NCBI GenBank assembly: GCA_964385615.1 | Contig: CAYLPP010000007.1 | Span: 44,426 to 108,425, forward strand | Origin: an uncultured bacterium | GTDB taxonomy: Bacteria > Omnitrophota > Omnitrophia > Omnitrophales > Aquincolibacteriaceae | Direction: 5' to 3' | Length of the DNA stretch: 64,000 bases | Part shown: positions 19,750 to 31,700 of the stretch, one piece after another | How the letters are laid out: every line of letters begins with the position of its first letter | Numbering within the stretch: the stretch's first letter is position 1 | Position numbers and translations under genes: made by a program | Notes under the pieces: model-generated | The model's input: the letters and a program-made list of their open reading frames with translations, nothing else | Told to the model about the DNA's origin: nothing | Database searches by the model: none

Positions 19750-22700
19750 TTAGGCGGAAATCTTGGCTTTTTGCTCAGCCAGAGCGGTCATAAGGGCTTT
19801 GACGATATTGTTTTTCAGGAACAGGTCATCCGCGTCATAACCTTCGGAAGTCATCCGAACCTCAACGAATTTTTCAAACTGCTCACGGCCTAAGACCGCC
19901 GCTAACAGACCCACCTCACCCAGTTTTTCTGTGTTGGAAACTGGGCGGTTTTCAGGCGTCTGGATTTCAGCTTTCCCGTAAACAAAGACCGTCGCCCCGC
20001 GGGAAGCCAGGAATTCCGTCAGACTCTGAGCTTTAGAATCTCCGGCGCGGATATAGAAAACCAGATGGCCGGCGGCTTTGCCAACCTGACGATGCAGAAG
20101 GTCAAAGGTTTGCGTTTCAAAATTTTCCAGATTCTCGATTGACTGAATGCCCGGAGCGTTCTGGAAATCCTTCGAAGCTTCAGAACCCAGAGCCACGCGG
20201 CGGAACTGGCCGACCATCGTGCGAATCTCAAGCAACGCCGAGCCGGACTGGAATCCCTCAAGAATATCGATGGATTTCAGTTTCAAGAATCGGGCAACGT
20301 CATACGGCTTACCGACGGTTCCGACAAGCTGTTGGGCAAGCTCGCGTTCGTTAACCGCCGTGAATTGCAGGAGCATACGGCCGATAGCAATCCGATCCGC
20401 GTAAGTTTTATTCACATCATGGGCATCGAGAATTTCCTGGATGCGGACGGTTTCTTCCCAGGCTTCCGTTTCGTTGCTCAGGCGGAGGCTGTCTTTCAGC
20501 CGGCCTTTCTCGTTCTGTTCAATATGAATACGTTCATGCCCCACGGTCACGATCAGATCGTTGAGCATACGGGCGAAGTACACAAGCTCTTCAGGCTGGA
20601 CATCTTCAATCGCCGGGCTGAATCCCGCGGCAAAGCCGTTGAGAAGTTTCTGTTTGTTAACCACGATGCTTCCGGTCTGCGGATCCGCGTAACCGAAATG
20701 ATTCTGCAGCGCGGCGTCAGAGGCCTCATCTCCCAAGAGCAAGGCGCCTTTTTCTTTGTAGGCCGCAAGCATATCGTAGTTCTGAAGAAGCCCGAACGCC
20801 TGAGCCCGGCGGGTCGCGGCCTGGAGCATCACTTCAATCGAGTTACCGCCTGAGCGCCATGACAGAACGCTTTCGGCCAGAATTCTCAAGCTTTCATCCG
20901 TTTCAAGACTGAAATCAGGAATGGCTTTCAGTTTCGCGATCAGGGATTTCAATTCAGCGCTCTCAACTCTTGATTCAGAACGCGCGGAAACTTCCACGGC
21001 CGGTTCTTCGGCGGTATTACGCGCGAATTCCGCGTCACGCTCAATGCGTTCAATCATCGCGCGGAGGTCTTCAACCGAAATACTGCGGGCGGAAAGTCCG
21101 GCTTCGAGCTGCGCCGTGAATGAATCCTGAACAGGGCTGTCAAGAGCCGCGACAACCTGATTCAGGAAAGCCAGCGCGGTCGCGATGTTTTTGAAGTCTT
21201 CTTTGGTTTTCGCTCCGGCAATTTCCCAACGGCGGGTCGCGTCCAGAATCTTTTTGACGAACTGATAGAAAATCCAGACCTTATCGACCACGTCGGAGTC
21301 CACTTCCTTCACTTTCGGAGCCAGATCCGCGAGCGGGCCCATATCCCGCAGGATTTTGCATTGAACCAGGAAGCATGAGCTGCAAGAATTCAGCAGGCCT
21401 TTGAAAACTTTATTATTGAGCTGAATGCCCGACTGATTCAGAGCATCCAGAAGTTCGGCACGGCCTTCGTTATAATCGGCTCCTTTGACCACGCCCTGAC
21501 CTTGACCATCTTCCACGAACAGCGTGCTGAGAACCTGCTCAAGTTCACTCCGGCGAGGAGGCGTCGTGGAGCGGATCAGGCGGGCAAGCCCGCTGACGTA
21601 ATTGCGTTTCACATCGCTGGAATCGCCGGCGGACGGCACTTCAGGAATCCGGATTTCAGAGCGAGCGGAACCATCTTCGCCCTGCTGAGCGCGGGCTTCC
21701 ATCATTTTCCGCAATTCCTTAAACTGATTAGCCTCCTCTTCAGCGGGATTCGCCGGAGGTTTCGGGCTCGTCAGCGCTTTGCGAAGTTCTTTCTCCGGAA
21801 GGTTACTCTTCGCGCTCTTCTTCATGAGATTCTGCGCGGCGGATTCCGGAGCGTATTCAAGAATGGTATAGGTGTCATCACTTTCGTTATAAAGAACAAC
21901 CTGCATACGCACCTTACCGCCCAAACGGTCGTAGTAAGGTCCAAGCACCTGGCCCAGCTGTTCCGGGAACGACTTATACGGATCAATTTCCGTGTGCGCG
22001 AACGCGAGAATTTCCGCTTCGTCCGGTGTGATCGGCGCGGCCGGATTTCCCGCCGCGTCAAATTTCACGGGATTTCCATCCGCGTCCAGGAAACGGACCA
22101 TCTGAGCATTGCGCTTCACATCCGCGGAAGCTCCGGCGGGAAGGCCCAGGGCTTCAAAATCACGGGCTTTCACGACCGACGCGCGGGTCACAGAACCATT
22201 TTCCGCCACCGTATAAGCCACGGCTCCCTGCCCGGCTTTCCAGGAAACCGCCGGCATACCGTCGGTGAACGACGACGGCGTAGGATCATTTTCAGGGTGG
22301 AAATGCAAACCCCGGTAAGTGTTGGAACCGACAAACTCAACACGGTCTTTGGTCGAACCCTGGAAGGAAATGAAAATCTTGCCTCCCTTTTTAATCTGAG
22401 TAATGGCCGTTTCATAACCGACAACCTGCAGGCGTTTAAGAAGCTTCTGGCCTTTCTCAGATTTAAGAAGCTCATCAAAAGCATATCCGGCCGTGACATC
22501 AGCGGCCAGATCAATACCCGTTTCCGCCAAGTCCAGTTCAAGGAAAACTTTTCCGTCTTTACGCGCCTGATCCAGGAATTCCGCCGTCACGTCATCAACC
22601 TTCACGGAAGTTTTTCCGTACCGTCCGTTAGCCTTAAGTTTAGCCAGAATGTACTCGCTTCCGGCGCGGTAACCGGCCGGCATCTCCAAATTCTCGCCGT

Positions 22701-25700
22701 CATCCACACGCTCAAGGAAGGCGGCTAATACCGAGGCCCGCTGAAGGTACATATCGGTTGAAAGAAGTTCCGTGAGACCGTCCAAATCTTTTTGGGCTTT
22801 TGCCTTCACGTCAGTATCCGCAGAACTTAAATCATTTCCAGCCAGTTCCATCAAACGGCGGACCAGATCCTTAATCAAGCGTTCACCCGCGTAGAAGTCC
22901 TTAGAGAACGCCGTGGATTCCGTCATGGGATAAGCCATCTGCAGACGTTCCAGGTAACGTTTAAGCGCGTCAGGATTCCCGCGGAATTTTTCAACATTCA
23001 GCTGCGCCCAGTCAAAGCGCGCTTCGCCATCAGCATCTTTCTTTTCTTCCTCGATTTCCAATTTCCGCTGAATAGTCAAATCATTACGCGCGCCGAATTT
23101 AGCCTTAAGCTGATCCTGAGCGGCTTTCTTTTCAGCTTCGACTCTGGCTTTCTCTTCGTCAGATCCGGTAAAAAGCGGTTTTGCGAGAGTCTGCAGAAGA
23201 CCTTCCAGTTCCACTCGCTCATCCGCGGTCAGTTTCGCTTCATCAAAACCATATTGGAGCGAAGCGCCAAGCACGAGCGAGCGGATATTCAACGCCGTTA
23301 TTTCAGCCTGCAGGGCGTCAATGGCCGGCATAATCTGTTCATTGATTTCCTTCGCCTTCTCAGCGCGCGCTTCGCGGTTCTTTTGAATCAGTCCAGGCGC
23401 GACCACGGAAGGATCATCCGTTTCCGGTCCGTTTAATTCGATCCTTCTCAGTAAAATCGCCGCCGTGAGATCTTCACGGTTCATCGTTACCATCTTTTGA
23501 AGGCGGGCAATTTCAGCATTCAGCTTGGCGAGCATTACCGGGTCTTTTATTGCCCCAACTTGCGCAGTCAACTGTGTCAAATAAGCGCTAATGGCGCCTT
23601 TGATTGTATCCACAATTTCCGGCCGGTTGATGGTACTAAGCGCCGTGGCAACATTGTTCAGCCACTCCAATTCACCTTTTAACTGTTCATGTTCCGCGTC
23701 CAGGTCTTCAGCAGAAGCCGCCGCTTCTCTCAAACGCGTCCGAAGAGGCTTCATCTTATCTTTTAGCTCTTTTTCTTTCGCGGTGATAGTTTCGGGACGG
23801 CCTTCCACAATAGCTTTCCCTTTCAAAGCGGTCTGCATTCTCTTGAAAACTTCAGCGCGCTTTTTAGCAATGCTGAGTGTTTCATCATTTTGAGCGATCT
23901 GGCTCTTAATCAATTTCGCGCGGTTCGCTTTTTGAGCCGCAGTCAACTCCAGGTTAGAATCAAGATTTCTTAACGCTGCCTCCAACTGCTGTTTGCGCTT
24001 TTGCAGCCGGTCAATCGTTCCCGCGCTGGAAGCCCCGTGAGTCTGGAACACAGACGCGCCCAGGAACCGCATCGCGCGGTAAACAACCGCGTGGGCGTAA
24101 GCCGCGGGATTTGTTTTGCGCAATTCTTCAAGCTCGTCTTTAACGTCTTCCGGCAGGAAGTTCACTAAAGTTCCCGCGATCTGATCAAACGGAGCCAGCA
24201 GTTCCTGCGTGCGGGCTTCAGAACGGGCGGAAGGGCTCATAGCCTCAAGCTCATCCAGGCCGTCAAGCGCGGATTCAAGCGCGTCAGCAATCTGATCGGC
24301 CATCTTGTCACCGTCATTCTTGCCGGTTTGAGTACGGTTAAGAACCGCCCGTCCGGCGCCGTTCAAAACTCTCTCTTCAAGGGTCACGCGGTTTCCAAGA
24401 AGTTCATCTTCCGTATCCGTCCAGGAAGTAAACTGCCACAGAACGCCCATCATGTAATTTTCCACGTAGTTCAGAACATTTTCCTGAGCTTGAGCGACTT
24501 CGTCCAAGGTCGGCCGGGTATGAGCGACTTCCAGGAGATCCAGAAGTTCCGCGGCGGCTCCGTCAGAAAGAGCCGGTTCATCCTTGGGCTTCCCGGTCTT
24601 TTCATCCAGATTTTCTTTCTGCTTGTTCTTGACCACATTGCGCGCGGCTTCGATATTGCCGTCTTCAACCGCGCGGAGGAAATCGAAGTACCAGGTAAAC
24701 ACGTTCACCTTCGAGAAATAATCATTCAGGATATGAAGCACATCTCCCATCAAGCGGAACCGCTGTTTCTGAAGGACCATAATTTCATTCAGCAGGTTTT
24801 TCTTCTCCGCTTCCGTCATCTCTTCTCCTTCAGCCAGCTTCCGATAAACTTCGATCCTGGCCCGCAGATCCGCCAGTTTATCCTGGGCTTTGGCCGCATC
24901 GGAAGGCGTCAGGAGACCGGAATCGATACCACGCTGAACGTTTTCAGCTTCCGCCGTCAGGTCGAGCTGTTTCTGCCTCATGTCGGCTTTATCTTCATCC
25001 GTGAGCTTGCCTTTGGCCGCGCGGCGAAGCACTCCGAGGCGGGCATTATTTTCCTCGAGAGCGGCACGGTTCTGGAGCCATTTCTGAACCGGGTTTTCAC
25101 GGACAATATCCATGTTGGCCGTATTGCGGTAGAACCGGATCTTTTCGCGGAAGGTTTCACCCAGCTGAACCGCGCCCCAGCGGTAACCTTCGAACGTCGC
25201 CTGAAGCTCGCTGTCATTAAGAGTCTGCATATACGCTGAAGCCACGAACTCAGCAAAGAAGTCACGGAAAATCTGGCCCTGGTAATCCGAACCCTTCGCG
25301 CCTTCCCCGTTACGGCTTCCGCCCAGATCGTTCCAATTCATGATCTGTTCCAGACGTTCCGCTTCAGCCTTCAATTTTTCAATTTTTTCTTTATCCTTAA
25401 CCGGGTCAAGCCCGTTGATTTCCTGACGGATTTTCTGGACCATGGTCTGAGTGAATTCCTTGTCATGATCGTCAATAATACTTTCCGTCGCTTCGTGCAG
25501 GAAGAACTGGCGGATCACGGCCTTGGCGGATTCGGCCGGATTGGTCCACTTGCCCGACCGGCGCAGGTGGTTCATCGTAACGAACAGGCTCTTGCTGAAG
25601 AACATCTTCTGTTTGCCCTCATTCCAGTACGCGTGCGTGTCGGCTTCCGGATCAATTCCAAATTCCATTTCACCGATGCGGCGGCCGATCTTGGCCATAA

Positions 25701-28700
25701 TGTCCGCCGGATAACCCGCGTCTTTCATCTCCTGCGGAAGATTTTCATAGCTGAGTTTGTCCACGATATCCGAGCGGACTTCCTCAATTGTTTCAGTGCT
25801 GACGCCAAGCCCGTACACAAATTCCATATCCGCGATGAACCGGCCCAGGCTGGGAGCGGCTTCAAAAGCCTTATCAAGATACCGATTCGCGGCTTCAAGC
25901 GCGTTCGCGTTCGCGCGGCGGACGCTTTCAGCCGTCAGATCCGCCTGAAGAATCCAGAATTCTTTGCCATTTTCATCGATCGCCGGCAGGCTTCCGTCAC
26001 CCCATGAGGTCGACGAATCTTGAATCATGATCGCCAGAGTTTCATCATCCATCCCGGCCAGATGCGCGTCAACCTTGGGCGAGGAAAACGAGGGAACCGG
26101 TCTACGGCTATTGAGCGCGTCCATAGCCTTATGAATGAAGACACGGCCTAAGGCGAGTTTCAGCGAGCGGACAAGGTCCGCTTTATCTTCCGAATGAGCC
26201 CGAACTCCCATCGCTTTTCTAATCAGGACGTCATAGGCGTCTTCCGGGTTATCCTGCATCCCGTCAATACCTTCCGTTTTCATGAACTGATAAAGCTCAG
26301 CGGCGTTGTTTAAACCATAAATAGGCATCAATCCCCCAAAGTTGATCAGGAGACGGGCCTGCGTAAAATCAATATCCGTTGTCCGGCCGAATTGACCGGC
26401 GAAGAACACCAGCATCTGTTCATTGATCCACGGGAATTCCTCAGCAAGTTTCGCGAGCTCCAGATCCGAAACCGTTCTGAAAGAACCGTCCGGATTGCGG
26501 AGCTTATCACGCAGATACGACGCGGCTTTACCGGCCGTTTTCATCTGTTCCAGATTCATGCCCGCGAAAGTCTCGGCGGGAATCTGCGACAGCATCGGTT
26601 CATCCGGAATTCCCGGATCCAGCATTTTGGCGATTTCGAGTTCCTTACCCGTAAAGCCGTGATCCGCGGCCAGCTTTTGAAGATTCCGTCCGGTCAGCTC
26701 ACCCAATTTCAAGCCGTCGGTCAATTTTTCAGTTTCACGCGCCAAAGCGTAATATCTCTTCAGCTTATCTCCAAGATCAGCACCGAAGAATTCAACAAAA
26801 AGACCATCCATAAAACCTTCGCCGACGCGGTCGAGATCTTCCTTCAGCTTTTTGGCTTTTGCCTGAATTTCAGCTTTCTTTTTCGGATTCTGATTCTCAG
26901 GCTTCTTGAACTCTTCATTGAGATCCGCGATGTCTTTCTTGTATTTTTCATAGGCATCCGTGCGCATTTTGACAAAGGCCGCGCCATCCGCTTTTTCGGT
27001 GAAGCCGGCAAGCTTGATCAGCATCTCATCGCTCATACCCGGAATCGCGGCCTGGAGCGCGCCGAGAACCTTCGCAAGGGCTTTATCCCCGCGGCCCGCG
27101 TTGGTCTTGGCCAACTGAGCCACACGGGCTTCAAGAGCCGCGCGGAGAAGGCTATTCGGAACAAACCCGCGGAAGAACGTATTCTGCTGGAGACCGATCA
27201 GCCAGCGTCCGACCGTAGCCGGCGTTTGAGCCAGACGAACCTTTTCACGAAGCTTTTCAAGCTCCGCTTTCTTAGCCGGAAGTTCCGGGCTCTTCTGCTT
27301 TTCAAGATCCGCGACTTCTTTCTGGAGATCTTCCGTGCGCAGTGCGTCAATCTTCGCCCGGAGTTCTTTAGCCGCCGGCGTATCTTCCTGTTTCTTTTCA
27401 ACAAACTCTGTCTGATAACGTTCACTCAGATGCTTCTGATGCTCCTTATAATCGTAAGCACCATCACTGTTGATCAGTTTCTTCAAACCGAAAATACCCA
27501 CCCCGATAGCGAGACCTAATAGGGCCCAGCCGGAGAGAACCCCCGCGAATGCCAACCCAATTCCAAGAACCGGCAGAGCCACGGCGGCCGCGAAACCTAA
27601 TTTCCGATTCACGGACCAAAGCTTTTCAATTCCCAGCCCGATTACCGCCCCAAGCGCGCCATAGGTCATTCCGACAAAAGTCATGGTAATCATACCGGCG
27701 ATACTAAAAACAGACGTCTTCTGGAAGAAGGCCTTGGTTGTCTCCCAGGTGCTCGCGCTCTTTTTAAGCGGTTTCGCGTGTTCATCTCCGAGCACGAAGC
27801 GCAGGAGTTTCGCGGCACCCGTAATGAGGCCCCAGCCGGTCGGAAGATTGATAATCATCATCGCTATTTTCTGGGTTAAGGGAACTCTTCCGACGGCAGC
27901 GTTATAAGCCTTCCAAACCAAGTTTTTGTCAGCAGGTTTCAATTCATCAATAATCACCGGCTGCTGAAGTTTTTTGAGTTCTTCGGCGGTTTTGAAGAGC
28001 TCTTCAACCGTCATGCGGCTGAAAACTCTTTCACCGAGCCCCTGGCGAATCACCTGCAGACTGTCCATCATTTTCTGAATCTGCTGAAGACCGGCCTGCG
28101 GGTGGAAGGCCATCAGACGTTCCACAAAAACCTGCCGGTGAACTTCGTTAGTGAACGGATCAAAAGCAGGATTGTCAGCCCTGAAAGTATCCAAAATATT
28201 CTCAACGGAATCCGCGCGGCGCGCGACGAAAAGGTTCAGCACCGTTCCAATAACCGGCATGGCGTAAATCGCTCCGCCGCGGATCTTCTCAACCATCGCG
28301 GGAATTCCCTGAGTGACCATCGGCATCCAGCGGGACCGGGCAACCACCGCCGCGACCACACCCACCGCCGGAAGCGCGACTAAAAGAGCCGCGGTGAAAC
28401 TAACCGCGACGACCGCGGCCGCAACCGCCGCTGCAGCGGCGGAAAGCCCCACAATAGCACCCGCAATGGTCCAGCCGTCAGTCTGCGTCATCGGTTTGGT
28501 TTCATCAAAAGTGCCCCAGGCAAACGCGTGGAACTGATATTTCAGATAGGAATAACTGGTCACGCGCACCCAAAGTGCGTTGAAGGTCTGCTTGAAATTA
28601 GTCAGATTCTGCCAGACCCCCTGCATGAAACCTGAGAATCCCCGGCCAAGCACGGGATATTTGAAGAAGCCTTTCTTGAATTCAAGGACTTCATTCTTGT

Positions 28701-31700
28701 GCAATTCCATCTCATTGAGCTGGCGGGCACGGGCAGACTGCACTTTGGCCATCTCGCGCTGAGCCGCCGCGTCCTTCCAATGTTTCTGGAAGGTTGTAGT
28801 CACGCTGTTGTAAAAAACGCGATCCCGATGATCATCTGAAAGCAGGTAAGCCCGATTCTGGCGGGCGAAATAAGCGCCCAAGTCAGCCTGGAAGCTGTTG
28901 GAATTCAGGAGCAATGAAAGATCCGTCTGATCAAACCGGGGAGGAAGCCCGATAGAAGTCTGAGTTCCCTGGAAGCTCTGCGCGCGGGACAGCAGGCCGT
29001 TCATCGCGCTCACGGCCGGTGAAGCCAAACCATAACGGCCGGCCGCCGAACAGGACTCGCAGCCTTTTCCATAAAGGGCTTCCACCGCGCGGCGGAGCCG
29101 GTAGCTCATCTGCTGAGACTGTCCGACAGCTTTCATCACTTCGGCCGCTCTGCGGGAATTGGCGGCATGCGTTTCCGCGGTTTCAGTGCCGAGGCGCTGA
29201 TCGCGCTGAGCCGCCGCGAGGTTATAGCTGAGCACGTTAAGCACCGCGTTGTAAGCGGACTGTTCATCCGTGATCGTAAATCCGGTCAGCTGAGTTGAAG
29301 GCGGAAGTCTTCTTCCCCCGCCGAGTGCAACCTGAATATCTTCCATATCTCTTCTCTGATCAAAACCACGGCTCATCTGGGTCACTTCGCCGATCGAAAG
29401 AAGACGCTGAGCAAGATCTCCGGCGCCGTCACCGTCAAAATGGCCTTGTCTTTCAAGATGCAGGGCCGCGGCGATGACCGCTTTACGGATATCATCCTGA
29501 GTCGAAGACGCCGCGTTCACGTTAAAGGCGGAATTGCCGGTAGCCTCATAAAGGGCCTGCAGACCGCTCATCAGATTGGCGGAATAAATGCTTCCTGAAA
29601 GCATGGCCGTAACGAAGCGGTACATGTTGTAGCCCTTCTGGGTCGCGTAGCGGTCGCCGATCACGCCGATCCGCTTGAGCTGGCCCACAAAACCTTCCGC
29701 CTGGGCGCCCAGATTGGAGCTATTGCTCAAATCATCCGCGATCTTTTCAGGATTATTCAAAAGGTTAGCCAGACTCGCGCTGCTCTGCTCTCTCTTTTCC
29801 GTGGAGAGACGGCGGGTTTCACGCGTCGTCAAAATATATTCGCCAAACAGAACCGCCGTCTGCACAAACTGAATCAACAGAGGATTGCGGGTCTGATTGC
29901 CGGAAGTGCGGGCATAAGAGAACGCGCCGTCTTCATAGCCTTCGGATTTCTTGATATTTTCAAGACGGAAAAGACCGTTTCCGGATTCCAGCGCGGATTC
30001 AACGCTAAACACTTCTTCCGCGTTGAACGCTTCAAAAATATCCGCTTTTGAAATCCCCGCCTGCTCCAGTTTGGCCTGCAGAGTCAAAGTGGTCGTACGG
30101 CTTCCGTCGCCCATCTTACTTCCAAAAATCTCATTGATGATATTGCGCACTTCACCGCGGACGAATTCATCCCCCGTCACGCCCTTCTTTCCGCGGGTGA
30201 TTTCGGTATCATTAATTTTGCCTTCTTCCATGTCCGCGATAATTTTGCGGAGCGCGTCAGCCTTGGGCCCATTCTTGGCGTTCTTCTCAAGCAATTTCAC
30301 CAGATTCTTGGTAATCATTTCGTCACGCAGAAGCGTGGTCACGGCAAAGCGCGCGGCATTGGACTGCAGGCTGGCTTCCCGGAATTCAAAGTTCAAAGTC
30401 ATGAGGTCGAGAAGGTTCGGCGCGTTATCCGTCAGGATGGTTTCCTTGCCGGCGATCGCCGTTTCATAGATCTGATTGAATTCTTCGTCAAATCCCTTAT
30501 TGCGGTCCGCTTTGAACAGACGCTCAACCAATTTAATCATATTCTTGATATCCACAACCCGCTGACGGTACAGACTCACGATATTCTGCTGTTCGGGAAC
30601 CGTGGACTGGCCATAAATCTTTTCCGCGGTCGCGGCCTGCGCTTCCGCGTCTTCAAGACGGCGTTCCAGGGTCGTTTTAAAGCTGTCATAGCCGACATCT
30701 CCCGCGGCTTCGCGCAGGCTTTCACGAAGTTTTACCTTATCGGCAAAGAGACGGATCTGACCGCTGTTACTACGGTCACGGCCGAGGGTCTGAGCGATCA
30801 GGCTGGATTCAAACAATGAAATTCCGATACCGATGACATGAGTCGCCACGTCTATTTTTCCGCCGTCCGCGGTATTATCCAGTACGTTCAAACGTTTCAA
30901 GTCGAAGGCTTGGGCGATACGCCGGCTTCCAATCACGATCTGACGTTTACCGCTTCCTGACTTAGCAATCGTGGTGACTTCTTCCGCGCTGCTTCCCAGC
31001 TGGACTTTATTCAGATTAAAGGTTTCGCTCTGACCAGCTTCATCCAAAGCCAATTCTTCGCGAACCGCGCGCTCCACTAATTCCTGCTGTTTCACGCTGT
31101 CCGTGATGAAAACAAAGTTACCGTCACCCTTTTCTCCGCGCAGGATTTCACGAACCGCTTTGCGCATGGTCGTCACAAAGCTTCTTTCACCCGCCGCCGT
31201 TGAGGTATCCATCAGCGTATCGACCTGGAGACGGCCCTTGGAGCGCAGGTAGCGCAAATCCGCCTGACTCTGACCTAACTCAACACGCTCATTGCCGGTG
31301 AAAAGCTTGATGAAATCAGGAAGGGTCGCGGAAACCGCCACAACCCCCTGCATAAACATACGCTGAATCGGAGACCCAATCTTGGTTTCAAGACGTCCGA
31401 TCGTGTCCAGATCGTACCAGGTACGGATTTTGGCCATATCCAGAGAGTTCATCTCCATTTTGCCTTCCGCGGTGAACTTGACACCTTCCATCAGGGTGCC
31501 CGCGTCCACCTGAACACCATCCACGTCCGAGGGTTTGTTGCTCCGATGCGTCCGGCCTTTTTCAGATTCATAGAAGCGGAGCTTGGCAGCCAGATCCGCG
31601 TTGTCACCCACCCGGCGGCCGCCCTTTTCGCCGACCATACGGCGCAAGAAGCTGAAGGTAAAAGCGATTTGAAGCGCGATATCTCCGGACTGCTGATCTT

